DNA of 64,000 bases from Candidatus Poseidoniaceae archaeon (GTDB taxonomy: Archaea > Thermoplasmatota > Poseidoniia > Poseidoniales > Poseidoniaceae), in contig CASIAP010000005.1 in NCBI GenBank assembly GCA_949372645.1, positions 157,094 to 221,093 of the forward strand, in the 5' to 3' direction. The notes below the pieces were generated by a model. The model ran no database searches and had not been told where the DNA came from. It saw nothing but the letters and a program-made list of their open reading frames with translations. Below, piece by piece: positions 52,001 through 59,631 of this stretch; the first letter of the stretch is position 1, and every line of letters starts with the position of its first letter. A program made the translations under genes and the position numbers.

Positions 52001-54164
52001 TGACCCAAGAACCGGTTTTTTTGGTAACATGTATAAGGTCTCGATTGTAATCATCATAGGCAGAAATGTGAACCTCATCGTTCGAATCAAGAGCGATGGA
52101 TGAGTAGTGGCCTGCACGTATGGTTCCGCCGGTCGTTGTGTTGAAAGCAGTCTCAGTGACCCATGAGCCAGTCATGTCCGTTGCATATTTGAGATACGTA
52201 TCAATACTTGAATTTAAGTGAAGATATGAAAGGTGAACTTTAGCGTTCGAGTCTATGGCAATCGAAGTGTATAAACCAACGACTGAAGCATCCATTCCGA
52301 GTTGCCCCGTTGAATCGATCGTCGTGTTCACCCAAGATCCGCTTCTGTTGGTAATATACATTAAATTCCCATTGCTTTCATCGTAGTAAGAAATATGAAT
52401 CACATCGTTAGAATCAACAGCAATCGACGAATATTGGCCAACATCGCCGTTTGAATCAATGGTTGAATTGAGCCAAGAACCCGTCGTGTCAGTTGCATAT
52501 TTGAGGTCGCCGTTCGTTGCATCGTAATAGGAAATATGTTTGGAACCTGTGGAATCCAGAGCGAATGAAGAATATTCGCCAACATCGCCTACCGCATCTA
52601 CAATTCTGAGTTGCGTAACGGTGGTGTTTGCGCCGCTCGGTATCGGTCCGCCGGTATTCACTGGGACTGCCGTTGGAGACAATGCCGCATTGTTGGTCAA
52701 GCTCAAGTCGTCTGGTGAATACGAAATGTTGGGAAGATTATCAACAACCGTGAGATTGATGTAAGCCGTTGATGAACCACCTGTGTTTGTTCCATTGACG
52801 GTGAACATGGTTCGAGTCAAGAGTTCAATTGGCGTTCCAGCAATGGTTCCATTCGAAGTTGAGAACGAAAGACCGTTCGGCAGTGTTGGATGAATGGTCC
52901 ACGATGTAATGGCACCTGAACCGGTAAGAGTAGGTGACAGTGGTACATCGGAACTGGCAGTATTGTTGGTCAAGCTCAAGTCGTCTGGTGAATACGAAAT
53001 CACCGGAAGGGCTGGTGTTGAATACGTCACGTACTCAAGATTGCCATTGGGGGCGTCAAAGTAGGTCACATGCAAGTTATCATTGGAATCAATCGCTAAG
53101 GAGCAATACAAGCCGACGTTACCTGTGCTGTCGAGTGAGACTGGTGTGCTCCAAGAAGAGCCATCATAGGTCATGTACTCAAGATTGTAATTGGTGTTGT
53201 CATAATAGGTCACGTGCAGGTTATCATTCGAATCAATCGCTAATGAGGATTCACTGCCGACGATATCTGTGCTGTCGAGCGAGACAGGTGTGCTCCAAGA
53301 AGAGCCATCATAGGTCATGTACTCAAGATTCCAATTGGTTTCGTCCAAATAAGTCACATGCAGGTTATCATTCGAATCAATCGCTAATGAAGACTGCCTG
53401 CCAACGTTATCTGTGCTGTCGATTGAGACCGGTGTGCTCCAAGAAGAGCCATCATAGGCCATGTACTCAAGATTGTAATTAGTTTCGTCAAAATAGGTCA
53501 CATGTAGGTTATCATTGGAATCAATCGCTAATGAGGAATCCCTGCCGACGTTATCTGTGCTGTCGAGTGAGACCGGTGTGCTCCAAGAAGAGCCATCATA
53601 GGTCATATACTCAAGATTGCCATTGGTGCCGTCACGATAGGTCACGTGCAGGTTATCACTGGAATCAATCGCTAATGAGGAATCATAGCCGACGTGACCT
53701 GTGCTGTCGAGTGAGATCGGAGTGCTCCAAGAAGAGCCATCATAGGTCGTGTACTCAAGATTTTGATTGGTGGCGTCAAAATAGGTCGCGTGCAGGTTAT
53801 CGTTCGAATCAATCGCTAATGAAGACTGATAGCCGACGTTATCTGTGCTGTCGAGTGAGACCGGTGTGCTCCAAGAAGATCCATCATAGGCCATGTACTC
53901 AAGATTGCCATTGGTGTTGTCCCGATAGGTCACGTGGAGGTTATCATTCGAATCAATCGCTAATGAGGATTGATAGCCGACGCTATCTGTGCTGTCGAGT
54001 GTTGTAGGTGACGACCAGCCGACATGGGCGACGACGACATCTGAAAGCGTTGTCTCGGTTTGTGCGTCGTGCCGATTGTCGAGAACAGATGACCACGACA
54101 TGGCGACCATGAGAAAAACAAGAAACAGTGGCGCAGTGAAATTACGACGAGACAGGGGGCTCAT
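49005..54164 (-). CDS. Giant surface protein, tandem paralog of 42716-48892
   Basis: Same architecture; shared DNRHDAxTETTLSD and QADEE termini; likely start MSPLSRR (ORF-track start 54200). Confidence 0.9.
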   Translation of the reverse strand: MSPLSRRNFTAPLFLVFLMVAMSWSSVLDNRHDAQTETTLSDVVVAHVGWSSPTTLDSTDSVGYQSSLAIDSNDNLHVTYRDNTNGNLEYMAYDGSSWSTPVSLDSTDNVGYQSSLAIDSNDNLHATYFDATNQNLEYTTYDGSSWSTPISLDSTGHVGYDSSLAIDSSDNLHVTYRDGTNGNLEYMTYDGSSWSTPVSLDSTDNVGRDSSLAIDSNDNLHVTYFDETNYNLEYMAYDGSSWSTPVSIDSTDNVGRQSSLAIDSNDNLHVTYLDETNWNLEYMTYDGSSWSTPVSLDSTDIVGSESSLAIDSNDNLHVTYYDNTNYNLEYMTYDGSSWSTPVSLDSTGNVGLYCSLAIDSNDNLHVTYFDAPNGNLEYVTYSTPALPVISYSPDDLSLTNNTASSDVPLSPTLTGSGAITSWTIHPTLPNGLSFSTSNGTIAGTPIELLTRTMFTVNGTNTGGSSTAYINLTVVDNLPNISYSPDDLSLTNNAALSPTAVPVNTGGPIPSGANTTVTQLRIVDAVGDVGEYSSFALDSTGSKHISYYDATNGDLKYATDTTGSWLNSTIDSNGDVGQYSSIAVDSNDVIHISYYDESNGNLMYITNRSGSWVNTTIDSTGQLGMDASVVGLYTSIAIDSNAKVHLSYLHLNSSIDTYLKYATDMTGSWVTETAFNTTTGGTIRAGHYSSIALDSNDEVHISAYDDYNRDLIHVTKKTGSWVKTTVQSFANVGLYTSLAIDSNDDLHIAYQMGIYSSVGENLRYATYNGSTGWTLTEIDILGSVGSFASLALDSNGFVHISYYDGTNQQLKYTTNLNGSWELSVIDSVGVGSHTSISVDATGAVDISYYDVLNGDLLSSRLDSSYNVYRFTVSPDLPTGLELNITNGEISGTPTVVSPLTTYSVTATNTGGSSTTLINITVVDNLPILSYSPDDLILTNNTVSSDVPLSPTLTGSGAITSWTIHPTLPNGLSFSTSNGTIAGTPIELLTRTMFTVNGTNTGGSSTAYINLTVVDNLPILAYSPDDLSLNNNTASSDVPLSPTLTGSGVILSWTIHPTLPNGLSFSTSNGTITGTPIELLTRTMFTITAANSGGVATTFINITVNAVAPTLTYSSESITLTNNSAMTLLSPTVSGGDIVSWSITPALSHGLNFDTTNGQISGTPIALQPLTMYTITATNTGGSITATVNITVNDELATLSYSPGELVLTRGINMTTLNSVTGGGAILTWSISPALPTGLSFGETNGSIWGASSVNMTRTQYTVLVENSGGSVTSMFNLTVNEPLAIVTYPFENITLTRSLDMTPFTPELSGGFVATWEIEPSLPLGLNLSDGTILGIPLVNSTRTSYTVWANNTGGSVASTFNLTINEPLAIVTYPFENITLTRTSDMTPLVPELSGGFVATWEIEPMLPDGLSFDNGILSGTPTVNMTQTVYTIWANNSGGSSISNLNMTILEPVPSVIYSPENLTLIRGETMEILKPELGVGFVESWEINATLPDGLLFDNGSISGTPLFNSTMSSYTVRAENSGGFFLVVINITVVEPTSVLSINPAEFTILRDDTTMAVQVNNSGGMVEQWQIYPFLPSGLTMENGFISGIATENSSAILYTIWGNNSGGSDSVSFTLTVENPERVSIQSSPDSTPISPLFLLFGVLLVLMLLLTLLGIFSRKQEEEQKEEQDEGLLAEQEEENSSTSDETLSETSPEKEVVDLPEHSDSTQADEEE
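53025..54020 (-). repeat. Seven 144-bp propeller-blade repeats of the same family as 47755-48750
   Basis: Same scaffold sequence and period. Confidence 0.95.
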
Positions 54165-54220
54165 AGAGACTACTCCAGACAAGGGTCTATTGGGTAGCAT
54201 TTAGCAATATGCTTGATGTA

Positions 54221-54796
54221 TTACTCTGATTCTTCCGAAATCCAAGGGTTTTTCGGAGTATTTGGCCAATCGTTTTTCCCGACTGCGAAGCCTAATTTCG
54301 CAAAATTTTTCCGAGATTTCCGCCATACGGGTAACATGTATCCAATCTTTGAACGCTCACCAAAACCCCAACGCCAAGGACAGCGAGGTAATCGAGAAAC
54401 CCAATGCTGAAGCATGGATTGAGTCAATGGGTGTTCAAGACCTCCTGGTAAAACCCAAGAGATCATGTTGAGTGCCCCAGATGAACCACGGGTTTCAGCC
54501 CAGCTGGTCACTTCAAGTCCGCGTAGTGGACCATCAAGGATTCGTAGACCTAACATTCGTGTGGTCTGAGTCATTGGCATGATGATGGCAAAACGGTCGA
54601 CCATCCTCGAACCTTCATGACGTTCCATCGCCCATCCGGCTTCTTCAGCAAGAAGTCGAAACACTTTGATGGATTGAACAGGGGATACACTGACTTCGAA
54701 ATCTTGTGTAGCGCGTCGCACCATGATGAGTCCAACTGCGAGGTTGCCATCAACACTCCGATAGAGTGGTTCGATTTTGAACAGCCTTACGGCCAT
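54221..54796 (-). CDS. Hypothetical protein
   Basis: 191-aa ORF, no motif recognised; start may be the internal MVRRA. Confidence 0.65.
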   Translation of the reverse strand: MAVRLFKIEPLYRSVDGNLAVGLIMVRRATQDFEVSVSPVQSIKVFRLLAEEAGWAMERHEGSRMVDRFAIIMPMTQTTRMLGLRILDGPLRGLEVTSWAETRGSSGALNMISWVLPGGLEHPLTQSMLQHWVSRLPRCPWRWGFGERSKIGYMLPVWRKSRKNFAKLGFAVGKNDWPNTPKNPWISEESE

Positions 54797-54834
54797 AGTG
54801 AATTGTTTCGATCAAACTCGACGTTTGATTCGCT

Positions 54835-54943
54835 TGTATGCACGGCGATCCCCAAGTCCCACCCTTTCAGGCGAGGTTCTTCCTGGGAGGACCGAGTAGA
54901 ACTACCGTGCTTCACTTCGCGCGAGCATGTCGCGTCTCAAGTG
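54835..54943 (-). ncRNA. Candidate structured RNA (K-turn-like hairpin plus long hairpin followed by ACA)
   Basis: GC-rich intergenic region with multiple stems; G-U pairs favour the minus strand. Confidence 0.4.
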
Positions 54944-54970
54944 TGCGCTCGGCGGCGCTCGATACCTGTT

Positions 54971-55267
54971 TCAACCGAAAAGGGAACCAAGACCGTCGAA
55001 ACCAGCTTCTTCTTCTTCTTCCTCTTCCTCTTCAGCAGGGGCAGGGGCATCTGAAGAACCACCAGCAGCAGGTGCGGCAGCAGCTGGAGCAGCAACGGCT
55101 TGCGCCATTGCGTCAGCGATATCAACACCAGCGAGAGAAGCAACAAGTGCCTTCACACGGGAGTCGTCAGCTTTCACGCCAGCAGCCTTTAGAATGGCGC
55201 TCACGGTCTTTTCGTCAATGTCTTTTTCAGCAGCGTGCAGTAGCATAGCAGCGTATACGTATTCCAT
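54971..55267 (-). CDS. rpl12: 50S ribosomal protein P1 (aL12)
   Basis: [11 protein letters not shown]...[15 protein letters not shown]. Confidence 0.97.
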   Translation of the reverse strand: MEYVYAAMLLHAAEKDIDEKTVSAILKAAGVKADDSRVKALVASLAGVDIADAMAQAVAAPAAAAPAAGGSSDAPAPAEEEEEEEEEAGFDGLGSLFG

Positions 55268-55287
55268 ATTTTTTCACCTCATTTGTT

Positions 55288-56307
55288 TCAACCGAATAGA
55301 TCTCCAAGTCCGCCGAAGCTTTCCTCTTCTTCCTCTTCTTCCTCTTCTTCGGCTTCGGTTGGTGCCTCAGAAGTGCTGTCTGATGAACTTGTAACTGCGG
55401 ATGCTGCTGCAGATGCTGCAGCGCCCAACATATTGGTCAGTTCTTCATCGAGTGCGTCGCTGTCAAGCTGTCCGGCAACGCCTAGGGCGCTGCTGTGTGC
55501 TCGTCCAACGAGATGCGGCATGGTATCTGCAGTTGTGATTGCAGCTTCCAATGCAACGGACATTGCCTCTCGGCTTGCCTTTGCAAGAATTGTTGGCATT
55601 GTTTGGCTTGTGAACCAAGTAATGTTGCAAGCGAGGTTGAAAGCACCAGCAGCATGGCTGATGAGGTCAGTCTCGAATTGCTCATAGTCGATGTCGAGAA
55701 CATTTGGCGGGAACAAAGTACCGCCTTCAAGCGCGCCACACAAACGTAGACCGGTTACGATTGGATTGATTCCAATCTTTGAGAGCATCATACCCATATC
55801 GGTGGTGAAAACCTCGCCTTCTTCAAGAACGACGGTTCGCTTTTGGATTTGAACGGAGCCGCCCATGATCTTTGCAGGAATACCCACGGAGTTCAATTCA
55901 CCCACGATTGGGCCAGGTGGCATTCCAGTATCCATCTTCTCAACAACAATTTGGTGAGGTGCAACGTCGCCTTCTTTACCAGCACGTCCAGCCTCAGTCT
56001 TCTTGAGTTCAGTGAACAACTGGAAAGAGTTCAAGTTTGCAGAGGAAACCAGAGCAGGTTGAATTGCTCCTTGGAACAATTCATCGAGGTTTGAACCGTC
56101 ATATCCGGCTTGCTCCCATGCAATGGCCATCAAACGCTTCTTAGCAACTTGAATTTTCATGTCGCTACGAAGGGTTGCACGCATTCCGAGCATAGCTCCA
56201 GCAGGAACACCGTGAATGTCGATAACGGCAATGGTATCGCCACCTTTGAGGAGGTCAACCAAATCTTGAACGGTATCTTTCTTCCAAGATACGACCTTAG
56301 GAATCAA
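55288..56307 (-). CDS. rpl10: 50S ribosomal protein uL10 (P0), TTG start
   Basis: WKK, TGMPPGP, acidic tail GLGDLFG; GAGGTGA RBS upstream. Confidence 0.96.
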   Translation of the reverse strand: MIPKVVSWKKDTVQDLVDLLKGGDTIAVIDIHGVPAGAMLGMRATLRSDMKIQVAKKRLMAIAWEQAGYDGSNLDELFQGAIQPALVSSANLNSFQLFTELKKTEAGRAGKEGDVAPHQIVVEKMDTGMPPGPIVGELNSVGIPAKIMGGSVQIQKRTVVLEEGEVFTTDMGMMLSKIGINPIVTGLRLCGALEGGTLFPPNVLDIDYEQFETDLISHAAGAFNLACNITWFTSQTMPTILAKASREAMSVALEAAITTADTMPHLVGRAHSSALGVAGQLDSDALDEELTNMLGAAASAAASAVTSSSDSTSEAPTEAEEEEEEEEEESFGGLGDLFG

Positions 56308-56948
56308 TTAATCACCTCGACGGATTGTGCAGGACCCATTGTTGTTTTGATGTAGAGGGAACGGATGTTTCCTACACCACGCTCGAGTTTAGAAGTTACA
56401 CGGTTGTAGACTTCCATAACATTCGCACGAAGTTCTTCGTGAGATTGGGCAACAGTTCCGCATGATATTTGGAACGTCATCTTGTCACCAGACTTGACAA
56501 CGACAGTGGATTGGAGACCTGCTGCAATAATTGCAGGATCGAGTGTTGGTGGAACCGGACGTGGCATTTTGCCCCGTGGACCAAGAACGACACCGAGGTA
56601 TCGTCCAATCAGACCCATGTGAGGCACTTCGGAAAGGAAAAAGTCGTATGCATTTGCAAGCTTCTTCGCCTTTCCTTTGTTGCCGCCAAGGTCTTCAATT
56701 TCTTGAGGAGTAATAACGTGGATTCCGGCTGTCTTTGCTTTAGTTGCTGCTTCGCCTGATGCGAACATTGCAATCTTGAGCACACGGCCTCGACCGGATG
56801 GAAGACGGATTTCTTCCTTGATACGGTTGTTTGGGTTTTTCAAGTCGACGTCACGGATTGTGAATGCAATATCCACGGACTCGACAAACTTTCTTTTTGG
56901 TGCACTCTCAAGTGCATCCTTAATTGCTTGGTTAATTTTTCCTTCCAT
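56304..56948 (-). CDS. rpl1: 50S ribosomal protein uL1
   Basis: KRKFVESVD, LGPRGKMP, KTTMGP. Confidence 0.97.
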   Translation of the reverse strand: MEGKINQAIKDALESAPKRKFVESVDIAFTIRDVDLKNPNNRIKEEIRLPSGRGRVLKIAMFASGEAATKAKTAGIHVITPQEIEDLGGNKGKAKKLANAYDFFLSEVPHMGLIGRYLGVVLGPRGKMPRPVPPTLDPAIIAAGLQSTVVVKSGDKMTFQISCGTVAQSHEELRANVMEVYNRVTSKLERGVGNIRSLYIKTTMGPAQSVEVIN

Positions 56949-56954
56949 TTTTGT

Positions 56955-57000
56955 TCACCTCAGTGGTCGGCGAGACGCTCAAAGACGCCTCTACCACGGT
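56955..57000 (-). promoter_or_regulatory. Hairpin abutting the rpl1 RBS; putative uL1 autoregulatory site
   Basis: GTGGT-AGA-GGCG...CGCC-G-ACCAC directly followed by TGAGGTGA; uL1 is an established translational repressor of this operon in archaea. Confidence 0.55.
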
Positions 57001-57009
57001 TCGTGAGTT

Positions 57010-57291
57010 TTAATTAAAACGCTCGTCCCATTCTCCTTTGTTGATGATTGCGAGGGCATCGTTTGCCCAGTGTCCATCAATCTTGACACGCATCGAAACG
57101 CATGTTCCGATGATTTCCTTTGTTTGAGCCTTAAGATCGGCGCCGGTCAGATGACCAAGGCCGTGCTTCTCTTGAGCAACTCCCATTGCTTTCTCGAGGG
57201 TGAGGTCTTCAACTGCAGCATCAAGGCTGCCGTTGCACTTCTCCACACCAAGAGCTTTGATGATAAGTTTAGATGTCCAAGGTTTCGGCAT
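57010..57291 (-). CDS. rpl11: 50S ribosomal protein uL11, C-terminal domain only (93 aa)
   Basis: PWTSKLIIKALGVEK...LTLEKA...KEIIGTCVSMRV...GEWD; lies between spt5 and rpl1; GGAG RBS and upstream TTATATA box near 57343-57349. Confidence 0.88.
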   Translation of the reverse strand: MPKPWTSKLIIKALGVEKCNGSLDAAVEDLTLEKAMGVAQEKHGLGHLTGADLKAQTKEIIGTCVSMRVKIDGHWANDALAIINKGEWDERFN

Positions 57292-57391
57292 TGTTTCAAC
57301 TCCATTGCTCACTATGTGGGCATTCAGCCGACAAAACACCCCTATATAATCGCGCTGTGCGAAGGGGGTTGGGCGACTGTACCCTGTAAAA

Positions 57392-58315
57392 TCACTCGAC
57401 ACGCTCCACGACACGAACGTGGTCGCCACGCATATTGAGGGTCATTGGGATTGGTTGTTCATACAATTCCATGCTGACTTCCTCTTTGGATTCTGCTACA
57501 CTAAGGACACGGGCCTTTTCGCCCTTGAATGCTCCAGTGACAATTTCAACGATGCATCCAACTTCGATTCCAGAGGTGACAGCCTTTGGTTCGAGGTAAG
57601 GGAGAATATCGGCGAGAGGTGCTTCGCCAGGAAGGACGGTCTTGGCATTCTTCAGTGGAGTTTGGTTGAGGCCACGACGAGCTGCTGGGTCTCGACCACC
57701 GGAGCGGCCGATCAACTTCTCAACATGGTGAAGAGCACTTGATTCAATAAACAAGTATCCACGCATTCCTGTAGGGTGGAGAATAGACATGATGTCTGGG
57801 AGAAGTGAGGTCAATGAACCGCTTCCATGAAGTCGGTTGTACATTTCGTCTGCAACACGTTGTTCAGATCCAATCGCTGTCTTAACGATGTAAAGGAAAG
57901 AACCAACTGATCCATACATCTCGCCAAACAATTTATTGTTGTTTTCCATTTCGAGATTTGAAAAGATACAGTTGTAGTTTTGCAGAGTTCCTGGGTCAAT
58001 CCATTCTGATTCGACATAGCGGCCAGTTGGTGTTACTTCATCGGTGCTTGAAACAACCAAGACGGGGACGACGTCAACAAGAGAACGGCCCATGTCAACA
58101 CCACGTTCAGGGCCAGAGCCTTGATAGTGGAGTGATTCGACTGGGATTCCAGTGGATTCTGAAACTCGGGCAAGAACTTCTTCAGGCGTATCGCCAATCC
58201 CCCAAACGCCATCCCACAAAGCCGGGAAGTCGCCATCGGATTTGCTGCGGCGCAACAAAAGAAGTTTCTCTTCAAATCGGACATATGCTACAAATGCTTC
58301 ACTCATTTCATTCAT
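57392..58315 (-). CDS. spt5: Transcription elongation factor Spt5 (NGN+KOW) with N-terminal NUDIX-like domain
   Basis: YIVKTAIGSEQRVA, MRGYLFIES, VEIVTGAFKGEKARV; N-terminal LLLLRRS...W...ESTGI. Confidence 0.9.
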   Translation of the reverse strand: MNEMSEAFVAYVRFEEKLLLLRRSKSDGDFPALWDGVWGIGDTPEEVLARVSESTGIPVESLHYQGSGPERGVDMGRSLVDVVPVLVVSSTDEVTPTGRYVESEWIDPGTLQNYNCIFSNLEMENNNKLFGEMYGSVGSFLYIVKTAIGSEQRVADEMYNRLHGSGSLTSLLPDIMSILHPTGMRGYLFIESSALHHVEKLIGRSGGRDPAARRGLNQTPLKNAKTVLPGEAPLADILPYLEPKAVTSGIEVGCIVEIVTGAFKGEKARVLSVAESKEEVSMELYEQPIPMTLNMRGDHVRVVERVE

Positions 58316-58328
58316 CTCCTGTATTCGC

Positions 58329-58598
58329 TCAGTTTCCGATGTTCATCACATCGAAAAGCCAAGGGAAGAAATTGTCCATCATAACGAGCATGACGAACCC
58401 GATTGCTCCAAGAACAAATAATCCAATACCACAGATAATGGAAGTTTGTTTGAATTCTTGAGCGGTTGGCTTACGAGCCATGCGAATGATACGAGCCCAA
58501 GAGCCTCGTGAGATACGACGAAATTGGGACTCAATCCAGTCTTGACGGTCCTGAACTTTATCTTCAAACGAACGGTTTTCTGTAGCATCACTCGACAT
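58329..58598 (-). CDS. secE: Protein translocase subunit SecE/Sec61-gamma
   Basis: RIIRMARKPTAQEF followed by GLFVLGAIGF TM; conserved position before spt5. Confidence 0.93.
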   Translation of the reverse strand: MSSDATENRSFEDKVQDRQDWIESQFRRISRGSWARIIRMARKPTAQEFKQTSIICGIGLFVLGAIGFVMLVMMDNFFPWLFDVMNIGN

Positions 58599-58735
58599 GG
58601 TACGACCTCGGGCCTTCAACGCCACCTACCCTCCCAATATAACCACTCCGTCGCGGAAGGCGCCATAATTACTCCCCACATTTCACGATTCTATGTTGCG
58701 AGGGTTGATGTGGGAGTGCCGGGGAAGGGCATTCA

Positions 58736-59623
58736 ATGGCGCAGCAAGACCCCTATTCCGTTTTGGGCGTCGTCCGTAATGCAAGCGATGTTGAAATCAA
58801 GCGAGCGTTTCGTAAAAAAGCCCGTCAATTCCATCCAGACCGGAATCCCGATGATGTGTCTGCTGAAACAAAATTCAAGGAAGTCCAAGCAGCCTACGAA
58901 TCTATTGCTACGGCAAAGGACAGATCTGAATTCGAACAGCAACAACGTATGTCCTCGATGCGTGGCGGTGGAGCTTCTTTTGGTGGCGGAGGAATGGACG
59001 ATATCTTTGGTCAAATGTTTGGAGGAGGAGGCCGGCCACGAGGAGGAAACCCATTCGGTGGCCCGGGTCAATCTCAACAACGTCGTCAACGGCCAAAAGG
59101 ATCTGACATCGGCGTGAGTCTTGAATTATCAACTGAAGAGGCTGAGCACGGAGGATTGTTTTCGTTCACCTTCAAACGGCTCAAACCGAATGGAAGTGGA
59201 GCTATGGAAGCGACAACTACGACCTTGAGGACGACGGTGAAAGCCGGAGTTAAACATGGAACGACAACCCGAATGAAAGGGCAAGGTCATGACCATCCAG
59301 AAGGTGAGGCTGGAGATGTTATGCTGACGATTCGAATTCAATTTGGTCAAGGACGCTTTTGGGACGGTGACCTTCTGGTTCAAGAAGTCCCTACGCCATT
59401 TAGCACCCTCATGCTTGGAGGGAAAGTGAAAGTTGTGTTGCCTTCACAAAAGAAAATCATGCTCACCGTAGCTCCTGAAACATTGGTCGGCGACCGACTG
59501 CGTATCGCTGGTGCAGGATACGATGGCGGGGATTTAGAACTCGAATTTGTCCTTCCAGATTATGACGAATTGTCAAAAGAACAAATAAAGGCGCTCAAGA
59601 AATTGAAGGATACTGGATTGTAG
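58736..59623 (+). CDS. DnaJ-class J-domain protein lacking zinc fingers (CbpA-like)
   Basis: DPYSVLGV, HPD, G/F-rich linker, C-terminal domain, no CxxCxGxG. Confidence 0.93.
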   Translation: MAQQDPYSVLGVVRNASDVEIKRAFRKKARQFHPDRNPDDVSAETKFKEVQAAYESIATAKDRSEFEQQQRMSSMRGGGASFGGGGMDDIFGQMFGGGGRPRGGNPFGGPGQSQQRRQRPKGSDIGVSLELSTEEAEHGGLFSFTFKRLKPNGSGAMEATTTTLRTTVKAGVKHGTTTRMKGQGHDHPEGEAGDVMLTIRIQFGQGRFWDGDLLVQEVPTPFSTLMLGGKVKVVLPSQKKIMLTVAPETLVGDRLRIAGAGYDGGDLELEFVLPDYDELSKEQIKALKKLKDTGL

Positions 59624-59631
59624 GTGAGCGT

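Noticed and set aside
48115-54007. Cys/His-rich plus-strand ORFs (48115-48588, 52934-53482, 53531-54007)
   Set aside because: Antisense translations of the 144-bp repeats
54811-54960. 5S rRNA, SRP RNA or RNase P RNA
   Set aside because: Hallmark motifs (CCGAAC, SRP helix 8, GAGGAAAGUCC) are absent
57292-57429. Upstream in-frame extension as the missing uL11 N-terminal domain
   Set aside because: No similarity to the GPPLGP domain; overlaps the spt5 end and a TATA box
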